A DNA stretch of 50,975 nt from Methanobacteriota archaeon (lineage in GTDB: Archaea; Thermoplasmatota; Thermoplasmata; RBG-16-68-12): NCBI GenBank assembly GCA_005878485.1, contig VBMG01000040.1:1-50975 (forward strand). The letters are read 5' to 3'. The notes beneath the pieces are model-generated. The model saw nothing but the letters and a program-made list of their open reading frames with translations. It ran no database searches and had not been told where the DNA came from. Of the stretch, positions 41,883 to 50,932 are shown piece after piece. A program made the position numbers and the translations under genes. Position 1 is the stretch's first letter; every line of letters begins with the position of its first letter.

Positions 41883-42060
41883 GCGGCGACGGGACACACG
41901 GGACCGGAATCTGCGGAATAGCCGGACGGCTACGCGTCCGCCGCCTCCCCGCGGCAACCCGGTCCACGGCCTCGCGCGCACGATCCGTGCGACCCGAACC
42001 GGGGTGCTCGGTGCCACAACGTTGAAGTCCTCATGGACTCCTACGTTCTCCCGGTGGGCC

Positions 42061-42426
42061 ATGGGCAGCAAGTACACGGACATCCAGGTGAAAGGGTCCG
42101 TCGAGAACGTCCAAAACCTCGTTCAGCACGCATTCGGTGCGAATGGGTTTCAAGTCAAGTGGGACGGGCCGACGAAAGGGAAAGCCGAAAAAGGCAGCAA
42201 GGGCGCGAACTTGATGCTGGGAGCGCTATCGCAGTACTACGGCGTCGACTTCGAGATCGCCCCAAATCCGAACGGCGCCATCTTGCGACTCGTGAAATCG
42301 AACACTGGGTGGGCCGGCGGCTACCTCGGCGCCCGAAAGGTGGAGAAGCAATTCCAGCAACTCGGCGATACACTCGCGGCCTGGTTCCAGCAGCAAGGCG
42401 TCCTCCTCGGCCGGGCGAGTGATTAG
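42061..42426 (+). CDS. Hypothetical protein (121 aa)
   Basis: ATG 42061 with GGTGGG just upstream. Globular-looking sequence with no motif I recognise. Confidence 0.45.
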   Translation: MGSKYTDIQVKGSVENVQNLVQHAFGANGFQVKWDGPTKGKAEKGSKGANLMLGALSQYYGVDFEIAPNPNGAILRLVKSNTGWAGGYLGARKVEKQFQQLGDTLAAWFQQQGVLLGRASD

Positions 42427-42668
42427 TCCCGTCGCCGTCGCTCGAATAATGTCTCGCCGGAACACTGGACGCGCTCGATCTTGTAATACGGCAGGCGGGC
42501 CGACGCGGTCGTGAAGTAGCGCCGCTCGAGGCCGACGATCTCGGAACCGCGAATCATTACGAAGCCTTCCGACTGAGTCCGATCGCGGTACCATAGAACC
42601 GCGTCGGCAATCCGGCTCGGCTCGCGCCATCGCAACTCATTCAGGATGTCACGGGCCGTCCGGTCCAT
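42423..42668 (-). CDS. DUF504 (UPF0248) family small protein
   Basis: 81 aa from MDRTARDILNELRWRE... with ...LPYYKIERV near the C-terminus. This matches my recollection of the pattern of this family. Confidence 0.6.
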   Translation of the reverse strand: MDRTARDILNELRWREPSRIADAVLWYRDRTQSEGFVMIRGSEIVGLERRYFTTASARLPYYKIERVQCSGETLFERRRRD

Positions 42669-42742
42669 GGCGTCGATATACGCACGCGGGTTCTCGAACC
42701 TCGCGGCGCAAAGACCATATCGGCCGGACCGGTTCGGTATCC

Positions 42743-44047
42743 ATGGACTACCCGCCGCGCGTGCGGGCCTTACTCGATCGCGCGCAGGCGGACGGAGGGG
42801 ACACCGTCGTCGTCCGCGCAAAGGGCGAGCGGTACGAGGGCACCCTCATGCCCCACCACGGGTTCAGCGGCGAGGACATCCTCACCGTGAAGCTGCCGAG
42901 CGGGTACAACATCGGCATCGCGGTCGGGGACATCGACGCGGTCGAGGTCACGGCGAAGCACGAGGCGACGCGGGCGGAGCGACGGCTTCCCCCGCCGACG
43001 AAAGACAAACTGACCGTCGCGGTCCTCGGAACGGGAGGGACGATAGCGTCCTACGTCGACTACCGAACGGGCGCCGTCCATCCGGCCGTGACCGCTGAGG
43101 AACTCGTCTTCAGCGTCCCGGAACTCCTAGAGGTCTGCAACGTCCGGGCACGGGTCATCTATAGCATCTTCAGCGAGAACCTGAAACCGGAGAACTGGCA
43201 GCACCTCGCCCGGGAAGTGGCGAAGGAACTCAGCTCCGGCGCCGCGGGCGTCATCATCCCCCAAGGCACGGACACGCTCCATTTCACGACCGCCGCGCTC
43301 AGCTTCATGGTGCGCGACCTGACCGGCCCGGTCGTCGTCGTCGGGGCGCAGCGATCAAGCGACCGGCCGTCGTCGGATTCCGCATTGAACCTGTTGAGCG
43401 CGGCCCACGTCTCCGTTGCGAACCTCGGTGAAGTCGTCGCGGTGATGCACGGGGAGACGAGCGACACGTTCGGCCAGATTCACCGCGGCACGAAGGTCCG
43501 CAAGATGCATTCCTCACGGAGGGATGCGTTCCGGTCCCTGAACGCGACACCGCTTGGCCGCGTCCACCCGGACGGCACGGTCGAGCTGACGGATCGCGCC
43601 TTGCCGCGTGCCCGCGGCCCCACGAAGGTCGATGACGCGCTCGAGACGAAGGTCGCCCTCGTGACCTTTTATCCGGGCCAGCGGCCGACCGAACTGGAGG
43701 CGATTCTCCAGGGGCTTCGCGGCATCGTGATCGCGGGCACCGGGTTGGGCCATGTCGCCCACGACCTGATCCCAATCCTCCATCGGGCGACGCGCGACGG
43801 GGTGGCCGTCGTCATGACGACCCAGACCCTCCAGGGACGTGTGAGCATGCGCGTGTACGACACGGGCCGAGATCTCTTGAAGGCGGGAGTCATCGAGGGC
43901 CAGGACATGACGCCGGAGACGGCCTACGTGAAACTGATGTGGGTCCTCGGACACACCCGCGATCATGCGGAGGTCGCCAGCGCCATGGCGACGAACGTCG
44001 CCGGCGAGATCAACCCGAGGATCGGCCTCGACGAGTTCGCCGAGTGA
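42743..44047 (+). CDS. gatD: Glutamyl-tRNA(Gln) amidotransferase subunit D
   Basis: 434 aa. N-terminal GatD-specific domain, then an asparaginase-like domain with VAVLGTGGTIAS and the HGTDTL equivalent PQGTDTLHFT. Confidence 0.9.
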   Translation: MDYPPRVRALLDRAQADGGDTVVVRAKGERYEGTLMPHHGFSGEDILTVKLPSGYNIGIAVGDIDAVEVTAKHEATRAERRLPPPTKDKLTVAVLGTGGTIASYVDYRTGAVHPAVTAEELVFSVPELLEVCNVRARVIYSIFSENLKPENWQHLAREVAKELSSGAAGVIIPQGTDTLHFTTAALSFMVRDLTGPVVVVGAQRSSDRPSSDSALNLLSAAHVSVANLGEVVAVMHGETSDTFGQIHRGTKVRKMHSSRRDAFRSLNATPLGRVHPDGTVELTDRALPRARGPTKVDDALETKVALVTFYPGQRPTELEAILQGLRGIVIAGTGLGHVAHDLIPILHRATRDGVAVVMTTQTLQGRVSMRVYDTGRDLLKAGVIEGQDMTPETAYVKLMWVLGHTRDHAEVASAMATNVAGEINPRIGLDEFAE

Positions 44048-44104
44048 AGGGCACTCGAGGCGCGCTCGGTAAGCTTATCCCGCGCCCGGGATTCGGCACG
44101 TCAG

Positions 44105-44566
44105 ATGAAAATCGATCAAGTCGGTGAGGTGGGGGTCGTCCTCACCGATGCGAACGAGCCCGTCCTCCATGGCGGTGATCAGATCATCGGATACCGGGCC
44201 CTCAAGTATCTCATTTTCAAACCCGTGGCCCTCGCCAAAAAAACGCTCGTCGAGCAACGAGAAGGATGGGTGTGGCAGACCCGGCGGCGGCTTCTCCTGC
44301 TAGACATGGAATGGCTCGATCTACCGAGCGGCAAGAAAGGGAAACGCTACCACGAGATTCCGCTTGAGGAGACCATCGATGTTGTTCCGAAGCGCAAGCG
44401 GGTACTCCTCGTCACGCAGGACAAGGAACATGGCAAGGTCATCTTCGAGTTCCGGCCGTTCGGTGCGGCGTCTCGATTGCTTGCGTGGCTCAAGAAAGAG
44501 AAGGAGCACCGCCGGAAGCGGGAGGAAGGGACGCTGCGTTCTCCGTATCGAGAGGAGGATCGCTAG
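44105..44566 (+). CDS. Hypothetical protein (153 aa) with basic C-terminal tail
   Basis: CTTATCC box at 44074-44080, 31 nt upstream of the ATG. Its TAG stop shares a palindromic CTAG with the convergent small membrane ORF. Confidence 0.55.
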   Translation: MKIDQVGEVGVVLTDANEPVLHGGDQIIGYRALKYLIFKPVALAKKTLVEQREGWVWQTRRRLLLLDMEWLDLPSGKKGKRYHEIPLEETIDVVPKRKRVLLVTQDKEHGKVIFEFRPFGAASRLLAWLKKEKEHRRKREEGTLRSPYREEDR

Positions 44567-44790
44567 CGACCGCCCGTCTGCTGTGCGGCCTGCCGGCGCT
44601 CCCGTTGCTTTCGCTTCATGCGCCGGGTGAAGAGCAGCGATCCAATGAACGCCAAGAAGAGGACGAAGAGCCCGGCCGCCTGGGCGGGTGGATCCCCGTT
44701 GTAGAACAAGCCCACGAACAGGAAGACCAAAATCCAGAAGACGATGTACCCGGCGATTCGCCGTTTCGCGAAATCAAAGAACCGGCCCAT
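44563..44790 (-). CDS. Hypothetical small membrane protein (75 aa, 2 TM)
   Basis: AAGGGGGAAATCG precedes the ATG (SD-like). Two hydrophobic helices and a basic tail. Confidence 0.5.
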   Translation of the reverse strand: MGRFFDFAKRRIAGYIVFWILVFLFVGLFYNGDPPAQAAGLFVLFLAFIGSLLFTRRMKRKQRERRQAAQQTGGR

Positions 44791-44899
44791 CGATTTCCCC
44801 CTTCGCAGGTGGAGAACAAGAAGCCATCGGTCCCAGTCGCGACCTTGCGACTATTCCAAAGGTACATCGCCCCGGGTTGTGTTTGCAGACCGATTGCTC

Positions 44900-45340
44900 A
44901 TGTCCGCCTTGACCGAGTACGAAGGCATCTGGGAGATGTTCGTCCAGATGCATCGCGAGACCCACGGGGAAAACCACGCCCCGACGCGGGATTTCAATTG
45001 CTGCGGTGAGTTCGCGGTCCTGATGGCGTTGCGGGCCGCGTCCACCCTGAAGGCGAACTACCCTCGCCACCTCCTGCTTCGCATGGCCGCGATGCCCGAG
45101 CTCGACCGCGACTTCTACGTGAAGAACCTGCTCTCAACGGACGGCGAACCGGAGCCGGCGGACCCCGAGCCCCTCCGCGAATACCGCGCGAGCCGGCGAT
45201 ACCACATCCTGTGGACGGAACTCAAAGAGGCGGGCGCGCGAATCGAGCATCTTGAACGAGAGTTGGAACAATCCAACCTTCGCGTCGCGGAACTCGAGGC
45301 CACGCTTGCGAAAGTGAAGCCGGGTCCCGAGACGCCCTAG
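44900..45340 (+). CDS. Hypothetical protein (146 aa) with C-terminal coiled coil
   Basis: ATG 44900 (MSALTEYEG). C-terminal heptad segment ARIEHLERELEQSNLRVAELEATLAKV. Confidence 0.45.
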   Translation: MSALTEYEGIWEMFVQMHRETHGENHAPTRDFNCCGEFAVLMALRAASTLKANYPRHLLLRMAAMPELDRDFYVKNLLSTDGEPEPADPEPLREYRASRRYHILWTELKEAGARIEHLERELEQSNLRVAELEATLAKVKPGPETP

Positions 45341-45364
45341 CGGGTCGTCCGCATCGCGCCCGCC

Positions 45365-46024
45365 ATGCAGCATTCCTGCAAAGCGCTTAACTTCTTGCGG
45401 CAGTCTCGGGCCGTCGTTGAACCCGCTAGACGGAGGGCGCAATCGGGTCGTCAGTGGCAGTACAACAGCTATCGCCGTCTCCTCGGGATCCCTGTGGGCC
45501 TGCCGTTCGGTCTGCTCGCTGGCGTCGTCGTTGTGGCGTTCCTTTGGTCGAAGGATTTCCGATATCTCGTGATGCTCGCAATCGTCTTCGTCCTGGGTCT
45601 CGGGGTGGCCGCAGTCATCCTTCTTCGATTGGTGCCGAGGGCTCTGCTCGGCTCGTGGTCACTGGACATCATCTTCGAAGCCGAAAATGCGGTCGGGCAG
45701 AGCGAACGGCTCTGGCAGGTTGTCCTCGAGGCTCTTGACGCGCACGGGTTCGCCTGGCAGCTAACTCCGCTGGCCGGCCGTGCGAAATCATTCCCGAGAG
45801 CGCATGATCCGATTCTTCTCCCATCGGAGCAGGTCCGGCTGTGGTTTGACAACAGCCCGCCGGGCGAGGACTCGAATCCGAGCATCGTGCGGGTGGCTTT
45901 CGTCCTCGAGCCATTGGAGAAGGGTCGCGACTCGGCCGCCCTAAAGCAAACCATCGTCGATGCACTCCTCTCGGAAGAGAATCGACAGAGGGCGGAACGA
46001 CGTGCGGCCGCAAGAAAGGCTTAA
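45365..46024 (+). CDS. Hypothetical membrane protein (219 aa, 2 TM plus cytoplasmic domain)
   Basis: Hydrophobic pair LPFGLLAGVVVVAFLW and LVMLAIVFVLGLGVAAVILL, followed by a globular region. Confidence 0.5.
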   Translation: MQHSCKALNFLRQSRAVVEPARRRAQSGRQWQYNSYRRLLGIPVGLPFGLLAGVVVVAFLWSKDFRYLVMLAIVFVLGLGVAAVILLRLVPRALLGSWSLDIIFEAENAVGQSERLWQVVLEALDAHGFAWQLTPLAGRAKSFPRAHDPILLPSEQVRLWFDNSPPGEDSNPSIVRVAFVLEPLEKGRDSAALKQTIVDALLSEENRQRAERRAAARKA

Positions 46025-46050
46025 TCGCGTCCCTCCTTGTGGGGACCTAG

Positions 46051-47946
46051 ATGGACTACCGCACGGTGGGCCTCAAGGTCGGGCTCGAAATCCACCAGCA
46101 GCTGGCGACGCACAAGCTCTTCTGCGAAGATGCGTCGGTCCTCGTCGACGCTCCGGGCGGCCAGAGATTCCGTCGACGGCTTCGACCGACGCAGTCCGAG
46201 CTCGGCGAGGTCGACGCGGCGGCCATCGAGGAAGCGAAGCGGCGTCTCACCTTCGTGTACGAGACGACGCCGAACTCCTGCCTCGTCGAGGCGGACGAAG
46301 AGCCGCCCCATCCACCGAACCCGGAGGCCTTGGACATCGCGCTGGAGATCGCGCTCCTGTTAGACGCGAAGCCCGTGAACGAGGTCGACTTCATGCGGAA
46401 GATCGTGATCGACGGATCGAACACCGCGGGCTTCCAGCGGTCCGCGCTCGTGGCCCTCGACGGCCAGTTGGCAGTCAACGGAAAACGGATTGGCGTACCG
46501 ACGATCCTCCTGGAAGAAGACGCCGCGCGGAAGCTTGGCGAGGCGGAAAGCGAGGTCGTGTATCGGCTCGACCGATTGGGCATCCCGCTCGTGGAAATCG
46601 CGACGGCCCCAGATATCGCCACCCCGGACGAAGCGCGCGAGGTCGCCTTGGCATTCGGCTCCCTGCTCCGTGCGACGCGCAAAGTCATGCGCGGGATTGG
46701 GACGATTCGGGAAGACCTCAACGTCTCCATCCAGGGCGGCGCTCGCATTGAGATCAAGGGAGTTCAAGATCTCCGAATGATCGCCACGTTCGTGGAGAAG
46801 GAAGTCGAGCGACAACGGACGCTCCTCGAGACCGCCGAGGAACTGGGGAAACGTAACGTTCGATCCGTGCCATCGAGTCTCCACGATTTCACATCGGCCT
46901 TCGGCGGAACGCAGTCGAAGGTCATCCGAGCCACAGTCACGAAAGGAGGGGTGGTGCTCGGCTGGTCGCTTCCGGGTTTTGCGGGCCTTCTGAAGGGCAA
47001 GCTGGGGCCGGAGCTCGCGGCCCATGCGCGGATCGCGGGCGTCGCCGGGATTTTCCACTCCGACGAGCTGCCTGGATATGGCATTTCTCGGGAGGAAGCG
47101 GAGGCGGTCCGAGCGGCGTTGGGCCTTGGAGACCGCGACGCGTTCGTCCTCGTGGCGGAGGCGGAGAGCAAAGCGCGGGCCGCCTTCGACGAGATGAGCC
47201 CCCGGGCGATCGCCGCGCTGTCGGGCGTCCCTCCCGAGACCCGGGAGCCACGCCCCGACGGGACGACCGTATACAGCCGTCCACTTCCGGGGAAAGCCCG
47301 CATGTATCCGGAGACCGACGTGCCCCCGATTCGGGTGGCGGCGGACCGGCTCCGGAAAATCCGAGAGCACCTGCCGGAGAAGCCAGAGGTAACCATTGCG
47401 CGACTCGCTCGGGAGTTCGGGATTCATGAGCAGCAATCCCGACAGCTCGTCCAGGAAGGGAGCCATCACGCCTTCGAGACGATCGCGCGGGAGTTCGGAG
47501 AACCGACGCTCGTCGCATCCGTCCTCCTATACTCGTTCGGCGAGCTTCGCCGGGAAGGGCTCGACGTCGATGGAATTCCATTGGATCACCTGCGGGAACT
47601 CTTCTCGTTGCTGAAGGCAGGCCGGTTCGCGAAGGAAGCCCTCCCGGATCTGGTCCGAGAAATGGCGGGTTCGCGCACACGGGCATCCGAGGCCTTGATG
47701 ACGCTCGGGGTGAAGGGGCTGAGCCGCCCGGACCTTCAATCAATCGTGGATGAGGTGATTCGGGACTCCGAGGATCTCATCTCGACTCGGGGGGACGCGG
47801 CCGAGAAGGCGTTGATGGGGCGCGTGATGGAACGCGTGCGGGGCCGCGCGGACGGAAAAATCGTCAGCGATGCCGTTCGCACAAGTCTCGAGGCCTTTCT
47901 CCGGACGAAAGGCGAGAGACCGAAGAAAAAGGAAAAGAAAAAGTGA
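46051..47946 (+). CDS. gatE: Glutamyl-tRNA(Gln) amidotransferase subunit E
   Basis: 631 aa. GLEIHQQL start and GatB/E catalytic body with the archaeal GatE insertion and tail. CTTAATC box 31 nt upstream of the ATG. Confidence 0.9.
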   Translation: MDYRTVGLKVGLEIHQQLATHKLFCEDASVLVDAPGGQRFRRRLRPTQSELGEVDAAAIEEAKRRLTFVYETTPNSCLVEADEEPPHPPNPEALDIALEIALLLDAKPVNEVDFMRKIVIDGSNTAGFQRSALVALDGQLAVNGKRIGVPTILLEEDAARKLGEAESEVVYRLDRLGIPLVEIATAPDIATPDEAREVALAFGSLLRATRKVMRGIGTIREDLNVSIQGGARIEIKGVQDLRMIATFVEKEVERQRTLLETAEELGKRNVRSVPSSLHDFTSAFGGTQSKVIRATVTKGGVVLGWSLPGFAGLLKGKLGPELAAHARIAGVAGIFHSDELPGYGISREEAEAVRAALGLGDRDAFVLVAEAESKARAAFDEMSPRAIAALSGVPPETREPRPDGTTVYSRPLPGKARMYPETDVPPIRVAADRLRKIREHLPEKPEVTIARLAREFGIHEQQSRQLVQEGSHHAFETIAREFGEPTLVASVLLYSFGELRREGLDVDGIPLDHLRELFSLLKAGRFAKEALPDLVREMAGSRTRASEALMTLGVKGLSRPDLQSIVDEVIRDSEDLISTRGDAAEKALMGRVMERVRGRADGKIVSDAVRTSLEAFLRTKGERPKKKEKKK

Positions 47947-48274
47947 AAGTCTCCACAACGACGGTCAGGCGCGGTCAATCATCAGCGCTTGCCTTTCTTG
48001 GATTTCTTCGTTGCTTTCTTCGTTGCCATGGTGGGGTCTAACTCCTCCTCGGGGCCAGTCCCCGGTTGATAAGGTGTGTTGTGAACGCCTCACATCTTAA
48101 ACGTGTGCTAGGCAATCCGCAACTAATCGAATTCACGGCCGATGACTTCGTCGCGGCGTTCCGTGCGTTCGATGCGGTCGTGCAAATCGCGTCCGCCGAA
48201 GCGGCGTCTCCCTCCATGTGCGGCCGACAAATACCTATATAACGCGAGATTTCATTCAGCCGCGGTGAAGGGAC

Positions 48275-48898
48275 TTGGCCGTGGCGGCGAAGAAGGCCAA
48301 GGGGGATGATTGGTTCTCCTCCCTGGACGCGGAACTGGAGAAGAAGACGAAGGAAATCATCGAGGATGTCGGGGAACAGAACGTCGCCCGCCTGGAACTC
48401 AACAAGACCCTGATCGAGGACTTCTGGAGGGTCTGGAAGCGGTTCAACAAGATCAACGTCCACTTCGCCCTCGAGCCGTCGTACACGAACTGGGCGGTCT
48501 TCCCGGACACGTTCCCGGACGGAGATTGGCATTGGCGACCCGGCTTCAACCCGGCCGCCGTCCAGACGATCCAGCTCCTCGACCGCTCGATGGACCAAGG
48601 CCGCGTCGGGGACGCGCTCAAGGTGAATTACATCGAGGTCGACGGGAAGGTCCATCTCCGGGTGACGTTCGAATACTGCGAGGGAGAGCACTACTACAAG
48701 TACAGCGGATGGAAGCGGATCTGGATGATCCACACGCTCTACGATCAGCCGCTCGACCACGCGGAAGTCGACGACCTTCACCGGCTCTTCGCGGACCTCG
48801 TCCGCGTATGGTACGAGAGCCACTTGCGGCGGAATCGCGACGTACTGATCAAATACCTCAAGCAGACGTTCGAGAAAATTGAGACGTTCAATCAGTGA
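48275..48898 (+). CDS. Hypothetical protein (207 aa)
   Basis: Strong TATATAA at 48236-48242 and GGTGA before TTG 48275 / GTG 48281. Trp/Tyr-rich globular sequence. The 321-aa antisense ORF is rejected. Confidence 0.6.
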   Translation: MAVAAKKAKGDDWFSSLDAELEKKTKEIIEDVGEQNVARLELNKTLIEDFWRVWKRFNKINVHFALEPSYTNWAVFPDTFPDGDWHWRPGFNPAAVQTIQLLDRSMDQGRVGDALKVNYIEVDGKVHLRVTFEYCEGEHYYKYSGWKRIWMIHTLYDQPLDHAEVDDLHRLFADLVRVWYESHLRRNRDVLIKYLKQTFEKIETFNQ

Positions 48899-48936
48899 AG
48901 GCGCCGCGCGCGGTAATGTCGCGCGCGTGATAACGG

Positions 48937-49308
48937 GTGGGGAGTCTATATTACCGCGGCGCGAGAACTTTCGCGGACGTGGAAGACCTCCTGTCCGGCG
49001 CACTCCTGCTCCTTCTCGTCGGGGGCGCGGTCTTCGCGTGGTTCGACTGGCGAATGCGGGCGCGAAAGCTGCCGCACCTGATTGGACCCAGCTGGGATTG
49101 CCCGCACTGCGGAGTCAAGAACGAGGCGGAGCTGAGCGTCTGCTGGTCGTGCGGGGCAGGGGTGGCACGGGCCTACTTCGGCCGGTCTGCAGGAGCCTCC
49201 GCGGAAACCTGGCAATGCCGGCGATGTCGTGCCTGGAACAGCACGTCCCGCCGGTCCTGCTGGTCGTGCGCGAGTACGCCAGCCAAGCAGCCGAAGCAGC
49301 ATGACTGA
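48937..49308 (+). CDS. Membrane-anchored protein with two RanBP2-type zinc fingers
   Basis: TM LLSGALLLLLVGGAVFAWF. Then WDCPHCGVKNEAELSVCWSCG and WQCRRCRAWNSTSRRSCWSCA, both fitting W-x-C-x2-C-x3-N-x6-C-x2-C exactly. TATA-like CTATATTA at 48945-48952 favours in-frame GTG 48979 as a leaderless start. Confidence 0.6.
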   Translation: MGSLYYRGARTFADVEDLLSGALLLLLVGGAVFAWFDWRMRARKLPHLIGPSWDCPHCGVKNEAELSVCWSCGAGVARAYFGRSAGASAETWQCRRCRAWNSTSRRSCWSCASTPAKQPKQHD

Positions 49309-49312
49309 GAGG

Positions 49313-50116
49313 TCAAAAGATTCCGCGGTACAGGCCGCCGTCAATCTGCGCGATTACGCCCGTGATGTACGCAGCCCGGTCCGAGGCGAGGAACGCGATC
49401 AGGTCGGCGACCTCCTCCGCCTTCCCCATGCGGCCCAGCGGGATCTCCTGGAGGAGCGCAGCCTGTACGTCCTCGGGTCGGCGGCTCTCCCGTTCCGCCC
49501 GGATTCGTTGAAGCTCCACTGTCCGGTCCGTCGCAATCCATCCCGGGGCGACGCCATTCACCCGAATTCGGTCCTTCGCGACCTCCCGGGCGAGTGACTT
49601 CAGCGCGCCGACGATGCCGAGGCGCAACGCGTTCGACAGCACGAGGTTGTCGATCGGTTGACGGACGGACATCGACAGGATCGCGACAACGGCCCCACCG
49701 TGCCGCTGGCGCATCGAGGGCAAGGACGATCGCACGAGGCGGACCGTGCTCAGGAACGTGAGCTCCCAGCCCTTCGCCCACTGTTCGTCGGTCAGGGTTT
49801 CAAAGCTCCCCGCCGGAGGACCGCCCGCGTTGGGCACGAGGATGTCAATCCCTCCGAAGGCGCGGATCGCACCGTCGACGAACGACGTGACGCCATCCGT
49901 GCGCATCACATCGGCCGGGACCGCGACGACCTCCGCGTTGGTCTCGGTCCGGATCGCGTTTGCGGCCGCATTGAGAGGCCCCGCGTTCCGAGCGCAAATC
50001 GCGACCTTGCATCCCTCGCGCGCGAAGGCCATCGCCGTCGCCCGACCGAGTCCTTGGCTCGCCGCCGCGACGAGAGCGACCTTCCCCCGGATCCCTAGGT
50101 CCACGATGACGGCCAT
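49313..50116 (-). CDS. Short-chain dehydrogenase/reductase (SDR) family oxidoreductase
   Basis: 267 aa. N-terminal cofactor loop GKVALVAAASQGLGRA, NAGG motif (VPNAGGPP), and a typical SDR C-terminus ITGVIAQIDGG. Confidence 0.8.
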   Translation of the reverse strand: MAVIVDLGIRGKVALVAAASQGLGRATAMAFAREGCKVAICARNAGPLNAAANAIRTETNAEVVAVPADVMRTDGVTSFVDGAIRAFGGIDILVPNAGGPPAGSFETLTDEQWAKGWELTFLSTVRLVRSSLPSMRQRHGGAVVAILSMSVRQPIDNLVLSNALRLGIVGALKSLAREVAKDRIRVNGVAPGWIATDRTVELQRIRAERESRRPEDVQAALLQEIPLGRMGKAEEVADLIAFLASDRAAYITGVIAQIDGGLYRGIF

Positions 50117-50152
50117 CGGCCTGCCGGGTAAGAAGGATTCCGGCCCGCGGCG

Positions 50153-50932
50153 TCACTCGCGCAAGAAGCCGCGGACTTCGCCGATGGCCTCGAACCCGAG
50201 CGTCTTGTACATTTCCTGCGGCGTGTCGAAGAGATCCGAGATCAATACGACCCATTCGCAATGGGCCTCCATCGCGCGCTTGCACGCCTCGAAAATCATC
50301 GTGCGTCCAACGCCCCGCATCCGGAAATCCGGATGGGTCGCGACGTCGTCAATCCACGCGAAGATGCCCCGCGGCCAGAGGCTAATCGCCCCCGCCGGTG
50401 CGCCGTTCAGGTAGGCCACATAGGGCCGCATCCCCACCCGCCGAGAGCGTTCCCGCCAGAGACCCCATAGCTGTTCGATGACCTCGTGAGAATGGCCGAA
50501 GCCGGCCTCGATGGCCATCATGACAGACCGAAAGTCATTCGCTGCGGGCTCGTCCGCAGCGGGGCGCACCTCGAGCTCCGGATTCACGATACAGTCGGGC
50601 AGCCCGACTTTCGCCAAAGCGAGGTCCGCGGTGGGACGGAAGCCGAGTCGGGCGAACTCTTCTTGAATCCCGAATGCGGTTTCCGCGTCCTCGAAAAGCA
50701 GCGCATGATGCGGGACCGCGGTGCCGCGGAATGCGTTCGCGAGGTCGTCGATGATCTTCTTCGGACCTCCTTCCGGAAGTGTCGCGACCCAGCCGAGATT
50801 CGCCTGGTGGATCAGGGGAAACCGATCATCTCGGTAGATCATGCCCCAAGAGGTTCGCACATTCTCGGGGGCCTGCTCTCGCCAGATTTGGAGGAACTCG
50901 ACAATGGCGCGGAGCAGCTCGTCCGTGTCCAC
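50153..50932 (-). CDS. GNAT family N-acetyltransferase
   Basis: C-terminal motif A VATHPDFRMRGVGRTMI and YKTLGFE. GTG start at 50932. Confidence 0.7.
   Translation of the reverse strand: MDTDELLRAIVEFLQIWREQAPENVRTSWGMIYRDDRFPLIHQANLGWVATLPEGGPKKIIDDLANAFRGTAVPHHALLFEDAETAFGIQEEFARLGFRPTADLALAKVGLPDCIVNPELEVRPAADEPAANDFRSVMMAIEAGFGHSHEVIEQLWGLWRERSRRVGMRPYVAYLNGAPAGAISLWPRGIFAWIDDVATHPDFRMRGVGRTMIFEACKRAMEAHCEWVVLISDLFDTPQEMYKTLGFEAIGEVRGFLRE

Noticed and set aside
47941-47990. C/D-box sRNA-like elements on the minus strand (CUGAUGA followed 10 nt later by CUGA)
   Set aside because: I found no second C'/D pair and no terminal stem. The UGAUGA is simply a double stop codon at the end of the micro-ORF candidate.
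48038-49003. 321-aa minus-strand ORF opposite the 207-aa hypothetical gene
   Set aside because: The plus-strand gene has a strong TATATAA box, an SD-like GGTGA and balanced composition. The antisense product is R/P/V/L-rich.
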